64,000 nt of DNA from Phoronis australis (GCA_002633005.1 NMRA01000472.1:167304-231303); one strand, 5' to 3'; counted from the stretch's first letter, positions 13,690 through 26,964 are shown. Translations and numbers: made by a program. The notes: generated by a model from the letters alone, not told the origin.

Positions 13690-14125
13690 GTTCAAGTGCC
13701 AAATAGTCACATCTGTAACAGTCACATCTGTAACGCACGTGGTTTTTTTAAATTGCTCATAATTATACAAAGACTTGATTTTAGTTCAAAAACCTTTTCT
13801 TCATGTTATAGCCAAATAAATAGTTAAATTATCTATAGGGAAACTAGTTCCATAATATAAAAGACAGAACAGAGTTTTTAGCCAAACCACCATTAGCATA
13901 TTAACCATGGCATTTTTGGTCACATCTGTAACACTAATTAAAAGTAAATTTTAGTACTCTTATAATGTGCAGAATTAAAAACTTTTTGATACCTGAAGTG
14001 CTTCCATCAAGTGTGTAATGTGTACTTAAAATTTCTTACTACTGTGATGTTTCACTAATTTTATATTGGAATTTAAAGTGTCTGAATGTCACATCTGTAA
14101 CAAAACCAATACTGTGGAATGCACC
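13690..14125. mobile_element. DNA-transposon end fragment with a repeated GTCACATCTGTAAC subterminal motif
   Basis: gtcacatctgtaac occurs four times (~13705, 13721, 13919, 14088), next to the gap. Confidence 0.45.
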
Positions 14126-14167
14126 AGTCCTCTGATTTTAAAACACACACTCTAAGCCTAGTGTTGC

Positions 14168-14313
14168 CAGTGGTGGATCCATGGCAGTGTATTTGCCAGG
14201 ATTTTGCTCGTCAGACATTCAGTTCCCATCCCCGAACTGCCAAATAAACTTTAAAACTTTAGAGGAGGGGAATGGCAATGGCCCCCTTGCCCTCCCACCT
14301 AAATCTGCCACTG
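14168..14313. mobile_element. MITE, CAGTGGCGGAT family
   Basis: cagtggtggat...atctgccactg with flanks GTTGC/GTTGA. The internal gccaggattttgctcgtcagacattc is shared with the 26220, 26459 and 35256 copies. Confidence 0.75.
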
Positions 14314-14671
14314 GTTGACACATATCCTGGATGAAGTATTGTCTATGCGAATTAAAATGATTTTGGTGAAGAATTCAAACTCCACTTCTTTGGTCACCAT
14401 TGATTTCACCATCCCGGTGCCTACCCTCTGATGTCACCACAGAAACAGAAACAGAAACAGATTTCACCGCAAGCGATTACAAAGTATTTCAATTGGTGTC
14501 ACCCGGGTTAGGCCATTAGGCCACAAAAAGAGACAGAGCATCCAGCAAAAATACATGTGCATGCTACATTCGATGTTATTCGCTGTATTTTGAAATAAGC
14601 AACTTTTTATGAGGATATGCCTGAGGTTGCCACAATGTAATTTCCCAGAAATCAAGGAATCTGCGTATCAG

Positions 14672-14820
14672 CATGGGTGGTGCAGCACTGAAAAAAGTGG
14701 AGGGGCTAAAGTCCCCTCATCCCCCCCTGTGTGGTGCACTGCCTAAAGACCATGTGCTGCTTAGCACTGAAAAAATTGGGGAGGATAAGCCCCCCAGCCC
14801 CCTATGATGCGCTGCCGATG
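14672..14820. mobile_element. MITE, CATGGGCGGCGCA family
   Basis: Homologous to 5417-5558 and 20101-20244. Flanks ATCAG/ATTAG. Confidence 0.75.
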
Positions 14821-14972
14821 ATTAGGGCTGGCTTGCTGTAAAGTTACCCACTGAAACATCGAAATTGGTATGTTATATTTATAACCGTCATATTGACAGA
14901 CATATACATCGCCTGGCAGTGTAATTTACAGTGTAATGCCGCCAGCACAAACCCAAAGCAAAGGGCCCCTTA

Positions 14973-15919
14973 GGCAATGACCATCGCCTCTGTTCGCCCG
15001 ACCAGAGGCGATGCAGCTCCTATAGGCGCTCCATATGCCGAAAGCTTTTCAGCGAATTATACCTCGCACCGACTAAAACATCAAAGTCACATTGTTATAA
15101 ATACCTTTTGCGCATAGAGGAACACCTTTTAAGAGGTTGTCGATGTGTTTAATTCCTTCCAACTCGGACAAATACTCCCGTTATCAAACTTTTTCTTCGA
15201 GCAGTCCCTATTTCACTTCCCAAAATCGTGAACTAACCATTTTTACACTGCGCACGCTCCAATTTTTACCGCGCTCGCTAGGTGATGTGACTTCATGACC
15301 TCAATCTTTAAATAGGCCAAAGGTGAGCCATTGCGGTCTTGTCAGTCAAATGTTCGTTTCCAAAATGCCACCACTACTTGTCTTTAATTGGCGTTACTTG
15401 AAACTGATTGTATTTCAATAAATTATTGTTTGTATTTGATAAAAATAAATGCTGTTGATATGACATTTAATAGTCTTTGTGCACATATTTGACATTTTAA
15501 TGTTTAACAACACGGCAAACGCACGGCTGGTTTCCGGCAGCACATACGCAGAGGGCGGGGACTTCAGCTTTCAAAGTTCGCCGGTAGGACCGTAACTTCT
15601 GACCTTCGGCCTGGTTAAAAGAATGAGGTCAAATCTCTTGGCGTGCGCCGAGTGAAAATGGTGAGTTCACGATTTTGCCTGAAATAGGGACTGCTCGAAG
15701 AAAAAGTTTGATAGCGGGAGTATTTGTTCGAGTTGGAAGGAATTAAACACATCGACAACCTTCTAAGGTGTTCTTCTATGCGCAAAAGATATTTATAACA
15801 ACATGACTTTGATGTTTTAGTCGATGCGAGGCATAATTCGCCGAAAAGCTTTCGGCCTATGGAGCGCCTATAGAGCTGCATCGCCTCTAGTCGTGCCAAC
15901 AGAGGAGAAGGTCATTGCC
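14973..15919. mobile_element. Foldback-type non-autonomous DNA transposon with ~290-bp terminal inverted repeats
   Basis: 14973-15262 is the diverged reverse complement of ~15638-15919 (ggcaatgacc...ggtcattgcc), flanked by TA/TA. A one-arm fragment recurs at ~56745-56940. Confidence 0.9.
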
Positions 15920-16466
15920 TAAGGCTAAGGGCCTAAGTCTAAAACTGTTTAGAGCCTTAACAGCCAGCCAAGGGACTACTACGGTAAATTACCACTACTA
16001 CTACTAGTACATGTTGTCTATGGAATCGTGAACGTTGTATCCAAGTTAGATAAGAACGAAGCGTAGAAAAGACATTTTGCATTAGAGAAAAATGGACTTT
16101 CAAGTTCAGGAATGACGTAAGACTAAAGAGTCGTAAGACTTAGAGACAGTCAATACAAAGCGTTAGAACCATCCACTTAATAACAAAGGACCCGTTAATC
16201 AGAGAATTTTCAAAATCTGAGACCTCTATGTTCAACTAGCGCCCACAAAAACTTACTTCAGTAATGTGGCTCCGTACATAACGAGGTCTTAACACCTCAG
16301 TAGCCGATGGAAATTGCGTTCTTCGTTTCTCCGTTACCCACTGATACAGCGCTACCTATTGGTGGCTGAAAGAGTATATTGACCTACTTTCTGCTAAGGA
16401 GTTAGCAGTTTAACTATAGCCGTAAATTAATACTTTCTGACCAAAATCACGTTGACGGATAACGTT

Positions 16467-17020
16467 GTTGGCCAAATGGGTGAACGCTATGCACGTAAAT
16501 TACGTGCTTAAATTAATTCTTGTTAGTGGCGTAAATTAATTATATGAGGCGTAAATTAAAGTTTATTAATACGTGCGTAAATTACGCTCGTAGACAATTA
16601 ATTTACGCCGTGAATTAATTCTTAACAATCACCTTAAAGATAAAATGGGAAAAGTGGCCGACGATTGCAATGTGTTATCTCTGCCAGCCACAATATGTGC
16701 CATTTCTATTGCGGATGCCCTCTGCCTCTGCCTTGTTCTCGTTTTCAGTATATATATAGTCAAATGTAGAGCGCATGCGTCGATTGTAAAACCAACGGAA
16801 TTGGACGAGAAAAGAATTATTTTACGGCGTAAAGTAATTATTTAAGTGCGTAAATTACGCACGTAAATTAACTCTCATTTACGTCGCTTAAAGTTAATTT
16901 GTCCCGCAAATAATTAATTTACGCCGCTAAAAGTTATTTTACACCGCGAATAATACGCCACTAACAAGAATTAATTTACGTGCGTAATTTACACGCGTAA
17001 CCTTCACTCATTTGGCCAAC
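16467..17020. mobile_element. TIR element with arrays of GCGTAAATTA subterminal repeats
   Basis: gttggccaaatgggtgaa / ttcactcatttggccaac, with inverted ~60-bp arms and many (g)cgtaaatta / taatttacg motifs. Confidence 0.8.
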
Positions 17021-17483
17021 GATAGTGACACGGCAAGAGCTAGAGCAGCTAGACTACCGAGGAGTGCTCTCAAAGGGTACCTTTTCAAGATTTCCGTTTC
17101 CGCCGGTTGTGTCACGTGACGTTGGGAGGGTCTTTCTGACAGCTTGAGATCATGCAACGTGGCCGATCGCTGTAACAAGAGAGGATGCTGTCAGTCAAGG
17201 ACAGATTTCGACGCATGCATGAACAACTAAGGATATCCTCGTGTGTCTGATTCCGGGAGCAATTCGTATCATCAGAAATCCGTTGATGGAGCGGAAATTG
17301 ATCTACCCTGCTGTCATCGCTTAGCAATTAAGTACATGTACGTGATGTCACCAGTCCTGTAGTGGCAAAATTAGACGGTAAGTAGGAATCCAAAGCCCAT
17401 CGTATCACCTTGAGCACTGAATTTTAAAAGCGCATTGAAGCAGCCTATTTTTGACTCACGAGTGGGTATTTACTTCGAGTCTG

Positions 17484-17699
17484 CAGTGGCAAATCCAGGA
17501 TGTCGCAGAAAGGGGGACCAACCACACACATAAGAAGACAAAAGTCCGTGTGCATTCCAAGCGGTCTCTGGAGGGGAGTCAAAACACAATTTTAAAGGAA
17601 AATAGGCGCGTAACGCCCAGAAACGATGTGCTGGCGGCGTTTTTAGTCGCCCGTGGGTTGTGTACTGGGGAACCCTTTGGGCCCCTTTATCCGCCTATG
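17484..17699. mobile_element. Nested MITE (CAGTGGC...GCCTATG)
   Basis: cagtggcaaatccagg...ttatccgcctatg with flanks GTCTG/GTATG. Confidence 0.6.
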
Positions 17700-18229
17700 G
17701 TATGACACCATAATTGTTATTTTATCTTGAAATATGAATCTAAAATTTCACTACTTGGCGAATATGTTACTCCGCACGCTTCAAAGACTAATTACACGGA
17801 CACGATATTACACAACTACTGATGTTTCACTCGGAGCTGAACACAATGTACAATTAAACTAACGCTATGTGTCTGCATCGTAGTTACACGTGGTGACCGA
17901 GTTTCTACTTTAGGTGGCAGAACTATACCATTCGGTAACTTGTAGCCGACTCACGCTTAAAGGCGAAGGCAACCTTTTTCATGTCACTTGTAGCAAAAAT
18001 AAGGTTCGTTGATTATTCCAGACACATTTTTCATTTAATTACAGCTTTTCGTAATTTCATTAATTTCTCGTCCTCTACTCTGGAAGTGACGTTTTGGGAG
18101 GCAAGAGTTTCGCGCCAATTTCTTTTCATCATAGTCTGATCGACTGTGAGAGCTGTCGAGTCAGTCATTGTTTTACCTCAGTTGTGATAAGTTCGGTCGT
18201 CGTTTACTTTTGTTTACAAGTCAGTCAAC

Positions 18230-18990
18230 ATGGCACGCTGTTGCTGCGTGCTGGGATGTACTCATTATCGTCTCACACGCGCTTTGTGTACCTTGCGTTG
18301 CTTTCCGAAGGATGACACACTTCGCCGTACTTGGCTAGCTCGTTCATGTGAAGAACGCAGCGCTACCCGTCCACGCAACGTACAAAGTAGTGGAGGGTTA
18401 CCGAGTGTGTGGTTTCTGCCGTCAGATTACGACAGAGATATGTACGCTGAATTGATGAAGGTTCCTGCAAAACAACGCCTGAAGAAGGGTACCATACCGT
18501 TGCTGTTGATTCCCGGCAGTGCCCCGTCGCCAACCCCGAGAAGTGCGTTTTTGAAGCGAGAAGCCTCGTGAGCTGTGGCCACTATGTACAGTGACTGGAG
18601 GCTCTTCATCTACTGTCACCCGTGCCTCGATCCGAATGTACCCCATTGCGTGCAATTCCCGGAACTAGCAGTAATTCGCCCTGTGCTGTTGTACCAGCCC
18701 GGCCAGAGCCTGTAAGCAGCCCTGCAGCGATGTTGAGTAGTGGTGGTGAATACAGGCCCAGTTCGACACCCAGTGAAGAGGACAGTTCGTCATCCAGTGA
18801 ACAGATCGGTGAGCCTATAGTTTGATAAGTTTATTGTGAACTTGTATTGGAGCTATTTAGAAGGTGCCAGGTGTGTGGCGAGGGAGTCACACGGCGGAAT
18901 GTAAGCAGTTTGGGTGCTCAGATCACCCTCCAGTGGGAGTGTGTCGCGGCCGACACTCGGGCAAGTGGGACAGTACTTCCTCTGTACGCG
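18230..18990 (+). pseudogene. Decayed Kolobok-type transposase N-terminus (THAP domain plus Cys/His segment)
   Basis: MARCCCVLGC...FPKDDTLRRTW...DY...RLKKGTIP is a THAP signature with the second C and the H lost. After frameshifts come DKFIV/LELFRRCQVCG...GAQITLQWEC/GRHSGKWDS, resembling Kolobok transposases. A TTAA+AGG terminus sits upstream at 17957-17963. Confidence 0.75.
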
Positions 18991-20100
18991 AGACGATGAG
19001 TACACCCCAATACGCAGCAAGAGCGTGGCATGTTGACTGACTCGTAAGCAAAAGCAAACGACGACCGAAGTTATCACAACCGAGGTAGAACAATGACTGA
19101 CTCGACTGCTCTCACAGTTAGACTATATGAAAAGAAATTGGCGCGAAATTCTTGCCTCCCAAAACGTCACTTCCGGAGTAGACGAAATTGTCCAGGACGT
19201 GTGGTTGCGCGCGCCGGAATTAGGGCAATAATTCGGTCGTTAGCGTACCAGTGCATCGATACCGTTAGCTATCATATAAAGAATACGCCCCACTATATAC
19301 CGTCACTTACTGTGCGTAGGCGCTACGTTAAGATGTAAAAAGACTGCGCCTACGCCCCACTATAATGTAACTTACGGTGCGTAGGCAATACGTTCTAATG
19401 CCAAAAGGTGGTTGGCTGCGCCTACGTGCTCCTACGCCCCACTACAGCACTGGATGTCACATCTAAGTTGTCTCAAAATGACGACTTCAGTATATATAAG
19501 ACGCCACTAGGATAAGTCCTCGCTTTTTCGTCGGAGGCTTGGAAGGCGACGAATTAAGCGAGGTTGCTTGTTTCATGAAATCAGTTGAAGAGAACTTATT
19601 AAGGCTTAATTCGATTTTCATTTTAGCCAGCTTAACAGAGCGAAGTACAACTTTAATAAACTCATCCATTGCAATTAAATCAGTGGTAGAGGATGCACCA
19701 AGTTAATTCATGATGCTAACCCCCTCTGCCGGGAAGTGGTCCATGGAGAAATATAGTTTTACATTCTCTAAAATTGTCTTATTGAATTAAAAAACGGGGA
19801 AATAATATGCTCTTCAAAAACTGTGTTTTACAAATTTTCTCGCCTTTTTTGAAATAGACGTAGGCAGACGAGTGATCAAACCTTATTTTGTAACCTTAAT
19901 TCTAACTCATACAACAAAAAAGGCTATGTCTAGGGGCGGATCCAGGATTTTTAGTTAGGGGTGGGGGGCAGAGTATTAGCCAGAATTCACAAAACGTAAG
20001 ATATTTTTTTTGTAAAAAAAACAGCAATCTCCTTACGGTACGCAAAAACTGGGGGTTTGCAAGGAAAATCCTTATAGCGGTTTTTAGGTTAATGAATAAA

Positions 20101-20244
20101 CATGGGCGGCAGAGCACTGAAAAAGTGGGGGATAAAGCATCCCCCAGCCCCGCCTGTTGCACCGCCTATAGACCATTGGCGGCGCAGAACTAAAAAAGCA
20201 GGGCTATTGCCCCCCTCCCAGCCCCCTATGGTGCACCGCCCATG
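20101..20244. mobile_element. MITE, CATGGGCGGCGCA family, 5-bp TSD
   Basis: catgggcggc...accgcccatg flanked by ATAAA/ATAAA. Confidence 0.85.
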
Positions 20245-22659
20245 ATAAATATTGGAATTGTAAAGTTTCAATTAAACTCACCGACCAGTTTTTGAGAACT
20301 CGTGTTCCTGAGTTCAAATTAAGTTGGTTTACAGAAGTCGAGAAAAAGCGGAAAAGGTCGTGAGTTAATGATTAATTATTAGTGAAAACTTGTTTTTGGT
20401 CAACATAATCTATACATGCCTTTGCCAAACGTTCGCTACTTCAACGTTCACTCGCAATGTTAACTGAATTTGAAGTCCGTAATTAACTTAATTATCACTA
20501 AAACATTTTAATTTTGTGAATGTGCCTCCAGTCAAGCTAGGTCAAGGTGGGTTCAGCAGCTAAGTAGGTAAACAGTTCATTGTGATACGCACCACGCGCC
20601 GTGGAGAACAAGTCAGATCGACATGGACAACAGAAATCAAGTCGGTGGTTAAAGCATGCCGTGAGTACGACATAGGAACAGCGAAATGCCAAATCAAATC
20701 AAATTAATGAATTTGGGTGACGATTTATCTCTTTTCACAACTTGCCGTCTTCGTGAACACAAAGTCACAGAGACGGTGTGGCGACTCGGACTCGGTGCAT
20801 TCGAATGCATGCAGACGCACAACTCCCTAAGTATTAAAACTACGTTCTGTATTCGTTTTCCGCTACATCTTTTTATCCTATGTACACCTCATTAACTCAA
20901 TATTATGGCGACTCTGTGAATGAAAGAACTGAAGGTAAATACGGAACGGTACATGTTTCATATTTAAAGTTCCCCAAGATGAAGATAAGGCATTTTGTTA
21001 GACAGCCGTGAAATAATGTAAGAACGTCAAATTCTTGTGAATAAGGTTTGAGTGCACGTTTTCATGTGCGCTTTACGATCAAGGCTGCAAAAATGGGACC
21101 CCCTAACAGCAATGTTCCGGCCGGGGCCTTCAAAGCGTAAATCAAGCGCTGGTAGTTGACAAACGTTCTCTTGAATCTTTTCTCTTCTACATGTTTTGCT
21201 TTCCTTCATTTCTCGACTGTCCTCGGCGCCTATGCCGGTTGCCACTGACGCCTGCAAACTATTAGGTTGTGAGGGAGGGGCGTTCCCCCGCCAACCCCCG
21301 CTTCCTACAACCCTGCAATGTGGTCTTCATGTCACACGTTGGTGGGAGAAGTGTGCAAATAAAATATTGCTACCCTCGTCCAGCCTCGTACCCCCCAAAC
21401 ACGGTAGTTTTCAGAGGCTTAAAAATGTATAGGTGCACCACTGATATCTCTTGACAGTGCTTGACCAGATTCCAGGGCTGTTATTTTTCCGGTTCATAAT
21501 TAGTCCTCTTTCTTCTTTGTATTCAGTTGCGCAGTGTTGACAGTTTTTTTATCAAGCTTCACCCAAGTTGAACTAAGACTTCTTTCTTCCTAACGGGTTG
21601 TATTGCCAGGGATTTTAATGAAGTATTTTGCATTATGACTTTCATTTTTACCTTGAAGCTAGCATGGAGTAGACAACCTCTGGTTTCCTGTGTTTTTGTT
21701 TTCAGTAGATCACCTTGGATTGTCTGCTTTTTACCATCAGTTTAACTTCTTCTAATTTTAGGAAGCTATTTAGAGCATAGTATATAATTGTGCGGTAATA
21801 TGTCAGGGCGTTGACATGTTGTAAGCAAGAATTATTAGTCTTCTTACTCGCCGTATGTACGGTTAGCGGAACTATTCGGGACAGAGATATTTTCAGACTT
21901 AAAGGAGAATGCTACCCGATTTAATTAGTCTTTTTTTACCGCCTTAATTGGTCCATATCCACATCGTCTCTTATACGGTCGTCTACTATGGTCTGGCTTT
22001 TTAGAACAGACAGTGTACTTGTCAACGGAAGTGAATCTCGCCATCAGTCGGGAAGTTTTCGCCCTGGGATTTCCCCACAATTTGCTGATAAAGAATCGTA
22101 ATTTAATGACGAAGTTTGATAGCAATGTACCACAATTTTGTGGAAAGTCGATCTGTCGTAGGCTACAGACACGTTGCAGAGCATAAATTTGATGAATCCT
22201 AGCTTCGGATCTCACCTGTTTCGGACACTGCGTTTCAACAGTAGGCTCCAATAAGCGCACCCCCTCTCCTGAAACGAATTATTTTTTCTAAGGCTAATAC
22301 GGTGTCTATAAAAGAGACCAAGAAAGCAACTTGGATTTGGTGGACAGAAAGTCATAACTATATAGCTGTCCATTAATTTAAAAGCAGCCATTGTCAACCC
22401 CTCCCATTGTTAATTTACCTAATTACATGGCGAATTATTGTATCTGCCATCAATTGAAATTTCATCAAGTATGTTGCTCTGACATCAAGTTTTTTGTCTG
22501 CACTCTACATACAGGTTGCACTATTCGTCCAATTGGCAAAAGATTCACCCACAACTTCTAGTCCCCGAAGTGCTAGAAGCCTAAGGTCGTTCATCATGAT
22601 CAGATTCAAAATGGCGGACGTGTTTTTGAAGTCAGATTCAAATCCTCATAGAGGCCGCA

Positions 22660-23160
22660 TTTCTATGCGCCCATATACCTATATGTGGGTGCAAATTGCC
22701 TTCATCTCTGTCTGGGCGTCCAGCGTCAGAAGCTGTATCTCCTGAACCCCTCAAAGTATTTTCACCAAATTTGACACTGGGTTCATATGAAGATGACGAC
22801 AGAAGAGGACGAATTTCAGACGGATGTGACTACCGTTGTGCCCCTAGTGGCAATTTATTTTTTACATTTACCTCTGTGTCTTTAAAGGTTGTCTACGGAT
22901 TTTTGTGAAACTTGGCATATAGGCACCTGTTAGTAGGATGATGCTATATTCCTGTTTTCGGAAGGAGTCAAGGTATTTTGCGCCACCTAATGACCATTTT
23001 TACTGTTTTTTTGGCATCCGCCTCTCTATCAACCAAACCGCTCTTAAAGATGATTGCAAAACTTGGCATGCATGTATTTTCTTACTATGAAGAGAAAGCC
23101 TGTCGATGACTTTCGGATTAATGTGGCTACTGCGGCACCTCCTAGTGGCAGTTTTTCATG
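22660..23160 (+). mobile_element. Helentron-associated (HINE/DINE-like) element fragment with tandem ~75-80-bp units
   Basis: 5' atgcgcccatata...tatgtgggtgc inverted repeat, then repeated ctgtatctc...aaatttgg...cctagtgg units. Same family as 42217-45920. Confidence 0.65.
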
Positions 23161-23177
23161 TGAAGACTCGCTCGTCA

Positions 23178-23632
23178 GTCACCTTCCGGCGGTGCCTTCT
23201 ACATTAATATAGTGGGCCTCGCTCATGTAGGCTGCCTTCCGGAAGGGATCCTATATTAATATCGGGGGCCGCAATCTCTGGCCGCCTTTCGGCGAGGCCT
23301 CCTATGCTATTATAGGGGACTTCGCTGAAAGGCAGTCGAAAAGCGGAGCCCTCTATATTAACATAGCAGCCTCCGCTCTCCGGCCGCCTTTTGGCAAGGC
23401 CCCCTATATTATTATAGGGGTCCTCACCAAAATGTGGCCGGAGAGCGGGGCCACCTATATTAATATAGCAAGTCCCGTTCATCGGCCACCTTTCGGCGGC
23501 GCTTCTATATTAATATAGGCGGCCCCGCTCTCCCGCCACCTTTTGGCGGTTCCCTTTATATTAATATAGGTGGCCCTGCTCTCCGGCCGCCTTTCGGCAG
23601 GGCCCCTCTATATTAATATAGAAGACCTCGCT
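23178..23632. repeat. Minisatellite, ~51-bp period, ~9 units, palindromic TATATTAATATA core
   Basis: Cores at ~23201, 23253, 23303, 23353, 23405, 23456, 23506, 23557 and 23609, separated by GC-rich ggccgcctttcggc segments. Confidence 0.9.
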
Positions 23633-23799
23633 TTTGAGGTACGAAATTCAATTTTTGGCCTATGCCATTTTAATAAGAATAAGTCATTTTAAATAATAAG
23701 CTGTTTCGACCTCACCTTGTCGAGAGGTGTCGCGTTAACCTGTGAGGAAGGTGAGAAACGACGCAGCGACGTCAGTGGTTCGTCTGCAGAGTGAATGCC

Positions 23800-24140
23800 G
23801 CTATATTGCGGTGCATCGTTCCCGCTTGTCCGAACTATGAAGCTGCAAAGAAAGCGGGTATATCGGTTTTTCGACTTCTTCGAGAGCATAATTATGCTTA
23901 GGAAGTGGTTCGCGGTAGTGAAGAATGAAACGTACGCTGTTAGTAGCAAGTATGAGGCCGTAAAACAGCCGTGTCTGTGGCCGGCATTTCGTCGACAGTG
24001 ATTTCTCTGACGAATTTCATCTTACCAAAGAACTATGCATACTTTCCGTTGTCTGTGCATGTTCACGGTGCCTCTCTAGTATTCCGGTTCGAATTGATTG
24101 CGTGTGAAACCCAACGATCCGACCCGTGAAGTCTTCTTCG
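23800..24140 (+). pseudogene. Decayed THAP domain inside the Kolobok element
   Basis: Read across three frames: RCIVPACPNY...GISVFRL / MLRKWFAVVK / NSRVCGRHFVDSDF, i.e. the C-x4-C, W, C and HF THAP signature. Confidence 0.8.
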
Positions 24141-24711
24141 GATGAGCTTTTGACTAAGTCGGGATTGGCGCCGGGCGAGTTGCCATGTACAGTAGACGTT
24201 TGTTATTCTGCGTTCTGTTTCAAAATGAGTTATTCTCATCCTAACTAATGTTTATATAAAACTGAAACAAAGTCCGTCTCATTAGATACAATTTGTAATG
24301 CCTTTGCAGTATTCGTGAGTGCAAATGTTGAGAAGCCAGCAATGAATAAACCACTGCGTTACCGGCTTTTGAGGCCGTGTGATCGCATGCTAATTCAGTG
24401 TTTGCTGACAGAAAGCTGTTGTGGAAATATTGCACGATTTTATGTGCTATAGTCACATGTTAGGGGATTCTTTATTCAGAAATACAAATACATCATTCAA
24501 ATTATTGTTAATGTACAACCCGGCTTTGCCCTGTCGGTTTGTGGAAGGGAACCCAAATTCGTGGCCCCCGACAAGTAAGTGGATTTTCAGTTTCGTGGCT
24601 AAATCACATAAATATTTACGTGCACATTATTTCATTGGCAAACTATTCTATAGTCTTTTTGTGAGTGGAGGTTTTGTTTCCAATTCAAGCTGGTTTATGT
24701 TCGTGCGAGTG

Positions 24712-24820
24712 CCGGCGGCCGCGACGGGCCTGGGCGGGTTCCGAGCCACTGGCCGGGATAGCGAGTCAGTCCGGCGGCCTCGACGGGCCCTGATCGGGTT
24801 CCGAGCCACTGGCCGGGATA
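24712..24820. repeat. Two-copy ~60-bp GC-rich direct repeat
   Basis: ccggcggcc(g/t)cgacgggcc...cgggttccgagccactggccgggata occurs twice. Confidence 0.85.
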
Positions 24821-26219
24821 AGAAGCGTTTTGTGTGTTTAGAACTCAAAAAATCACAAGTCTAAACAACACAGATCTAAGTCCCTTGTGTGTATTTCACG
24901 GAAGAATATTTCGAATTTATCTCCGAACAGATCCCAAACGGCCTGCTACGCCACCTTCATGTTAAATTGGCCTGCTGAACTTTGTCGGCAACGTTGTGTC
25001 CTAATACCAATAAGTACGTAACAGCGAAATAAAACAACACTTTTATATAAAAACTCGGTGTATTTTTATGGGTTTTACATCGGAGTGTGATGATTTTGGG
25101 TGTTAAACGATGAATTCAAGCGATAAGCTAACACCAGTAACCCGTGTTGCGAATTGCTGAACAGACTGCGTATGAAACCAATGACGTCATTGGATAATTT
25201 CAACACATCCGTCTGCCGTCAGGTGTCAGGTAACGCAACCGAACGTGCCGTTATCGAGTAGAACTACTCGACTATATAAACTGATACAAAATAGGTTGTT
25301 TTTGGGTGACATTCTCCTTTAAAGGTAGGTCACGTGATGTGACTAACTTGTAGCGTGGGGTAAGTCTAACAATTGTTTTTTAGTGACAGTCTTTTTTCGA
25401 CTAGATTGCTACTGCGGTTTTCAAAAAGAGTAAACATTTTCATTGATGTTATATAAGTAAAACCAGGAAGCGGACACAGTCACAAAATAATCATACATCA
25501 TTTAATGCAGCTATAAATATATCTTCCATCATGAAAGCTAACTCTGCTTTAGACCACTTACTATGATGAAACTGATCTCAAATGGTTCTTTAGGCTACCT
25601 GGATTAGCGTCAATGCAAGATTGCCGATGTCTCGGTTGAAGTAATTTGATAATTAATTTGTGTCATATATGACAAAAATTATTCAGTATAACTATAGTTT
25701 TCTTTAAATGGGTCCTGACAACGACAAAAATGGTAATCTGGTTAACAAAATGGCATTAGAAAATTAAAATTAAAATTAAAATGGGCATATGCAGCCACAA
25801 AGGTTGATCATGATAAAACTTCATTGAAAACTACTTCTATGATCAAACTGAATTCAGCGACACCCGCAATATAATATCTTCTTGGCTTTAGCTAATAAAT
25901 TTTGCTCACACTAGCCGGCTTCCATTTTCAGCTGATTTGCCACGTTTCATGCCCATAAGGGCTTCATACTGACGCATTGAAGACATAAGTTCTCTGTCAT
26001 GAAATCATAAAAATTAAGCAAAACCTAGAATTTCTGTTCATTTTCGCTGGCTTTGTTGCTACAGACAAGGCCAGGCACAAATATCACAAATGTACATCAG
26101 AATGCAGAGTCGTAGTCAAAAGAGGTCGCCGATGTCACTATTACAGAGTAAAGTCAGGGGGCACCCCAGTTACCAAGACCACACAAAAGCTGTAAGTTAG
26201 CTCCTATATAGACCTAGAT

Positions 26220-26371
26220 CAGTGGCGGATTTAGAGAGGGCCCAAGGGGGCCATGGCCCCCCTAAAACTCTCCCAGATTCCATTTGGTATTTGGGGGGTG
26301 CGAATGTCTGACGAGCAAAATCCTGGCTAACTGCCCTGGCCCCGCTAACAAAAATCCTGGATCCGCCCCTG
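26220..26371. mobile_element. MITE, CAGTGGCGGAT family, 5-bp TSD
   Basis: cagtggcggat...atccgcccctg flanked by TAGAT/TAGAT. An inverted sister copy follows at ~26459-26624. Confidence 0.85.
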
Positions 26372-26964
26372 TAGATCTCTCCAAAACTGCACATCCACGG
26401 CAACGAGGGTCGGTACGACGGGGTAAAAATGGCCAGTGTAGGTTTGACGGCCGGGTTTCAGGGACGGATCGAGGACTTTGAATTGGGGAAGGGGGTCAAG
26501 GCAGAATATTAGCCAGGATTTTGCCCGTCAGACATTCGCACCCCTGAACTGCCAAATGTCACGTGAATGTGGGAGAATTTCAGGGGGGCATGTCCCCTTG
26601 GCCCCCCCTCTAACTCCGCCATTGGACTCAAAAGAGTTTTGTCGAGATTGCAGGCTAATGTCTGGAACCGTACCTCAAGAGACTCGCTTTGATGATATGA
26701 CCAGGAAATGAGAAAATGAAAATAAAGGAATGAAATTACGCTTGATTTATAATTATAGTACACGGACAACCTTATATACCAGTGCATGCAAGTCTCTCGG
26801 CTAATCACAAACGTGAAATCTCGGGTTCGCATGGCTCTAACTACACTCCTTGGCCGATGTAGACATTTTCCAGGTCACAGAGAGCTTTAGGTCAACACTC
26901 AGCATTCAACATTTCGCTTGAAAAACTCATGATCAGAAGGCGTGTTTAAGACTCTCCCTCTGGC

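Larger units (their letters stand above)
17352..19452. mobile_element. Non-autonomous hAT element (2.1 kb) with 8-bp TSD and nested insertions
   Basis: TIR cagtcctgtagtgg...ccactacagcactg. Perfect 8-bp TSD GATGTCAC at 17344-17351 and 19453-19460. The ends match the 160-bp copy at 6443-6602. Confidence 0.9.
21903..25318 (+). mobile_element. Kolobok-type element (3.4 kb) with TTAA TSD, containing nested repeats and a THAP pseudogene
   Basis: TTAA|AGGAGAATGCTACCC...GGGTGACATTCTCCT|TTAA (TTAA at 21899-21902 and 25319-25322), with an internal THAP remnant. Confidence 0.8.

Noticed and set aside
18230-18571. Functional domesticated THAP gene
   Set aside because: The second Cys and the His of the C2CH finger are lost, the downstream frame is broken, and it lies inside nested TEs.
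23178-23632. CRISPR-like regularly spaced palindromic repeats
   Set aside because: The spacers are homologous to each other, there are no cas genes, and the context is eukaryotic. It is a minisatellite.
24421-24864. 147-aa ORF
   Set aside because: No recognisable domain; it runs through a GC repeat inside a transposon.
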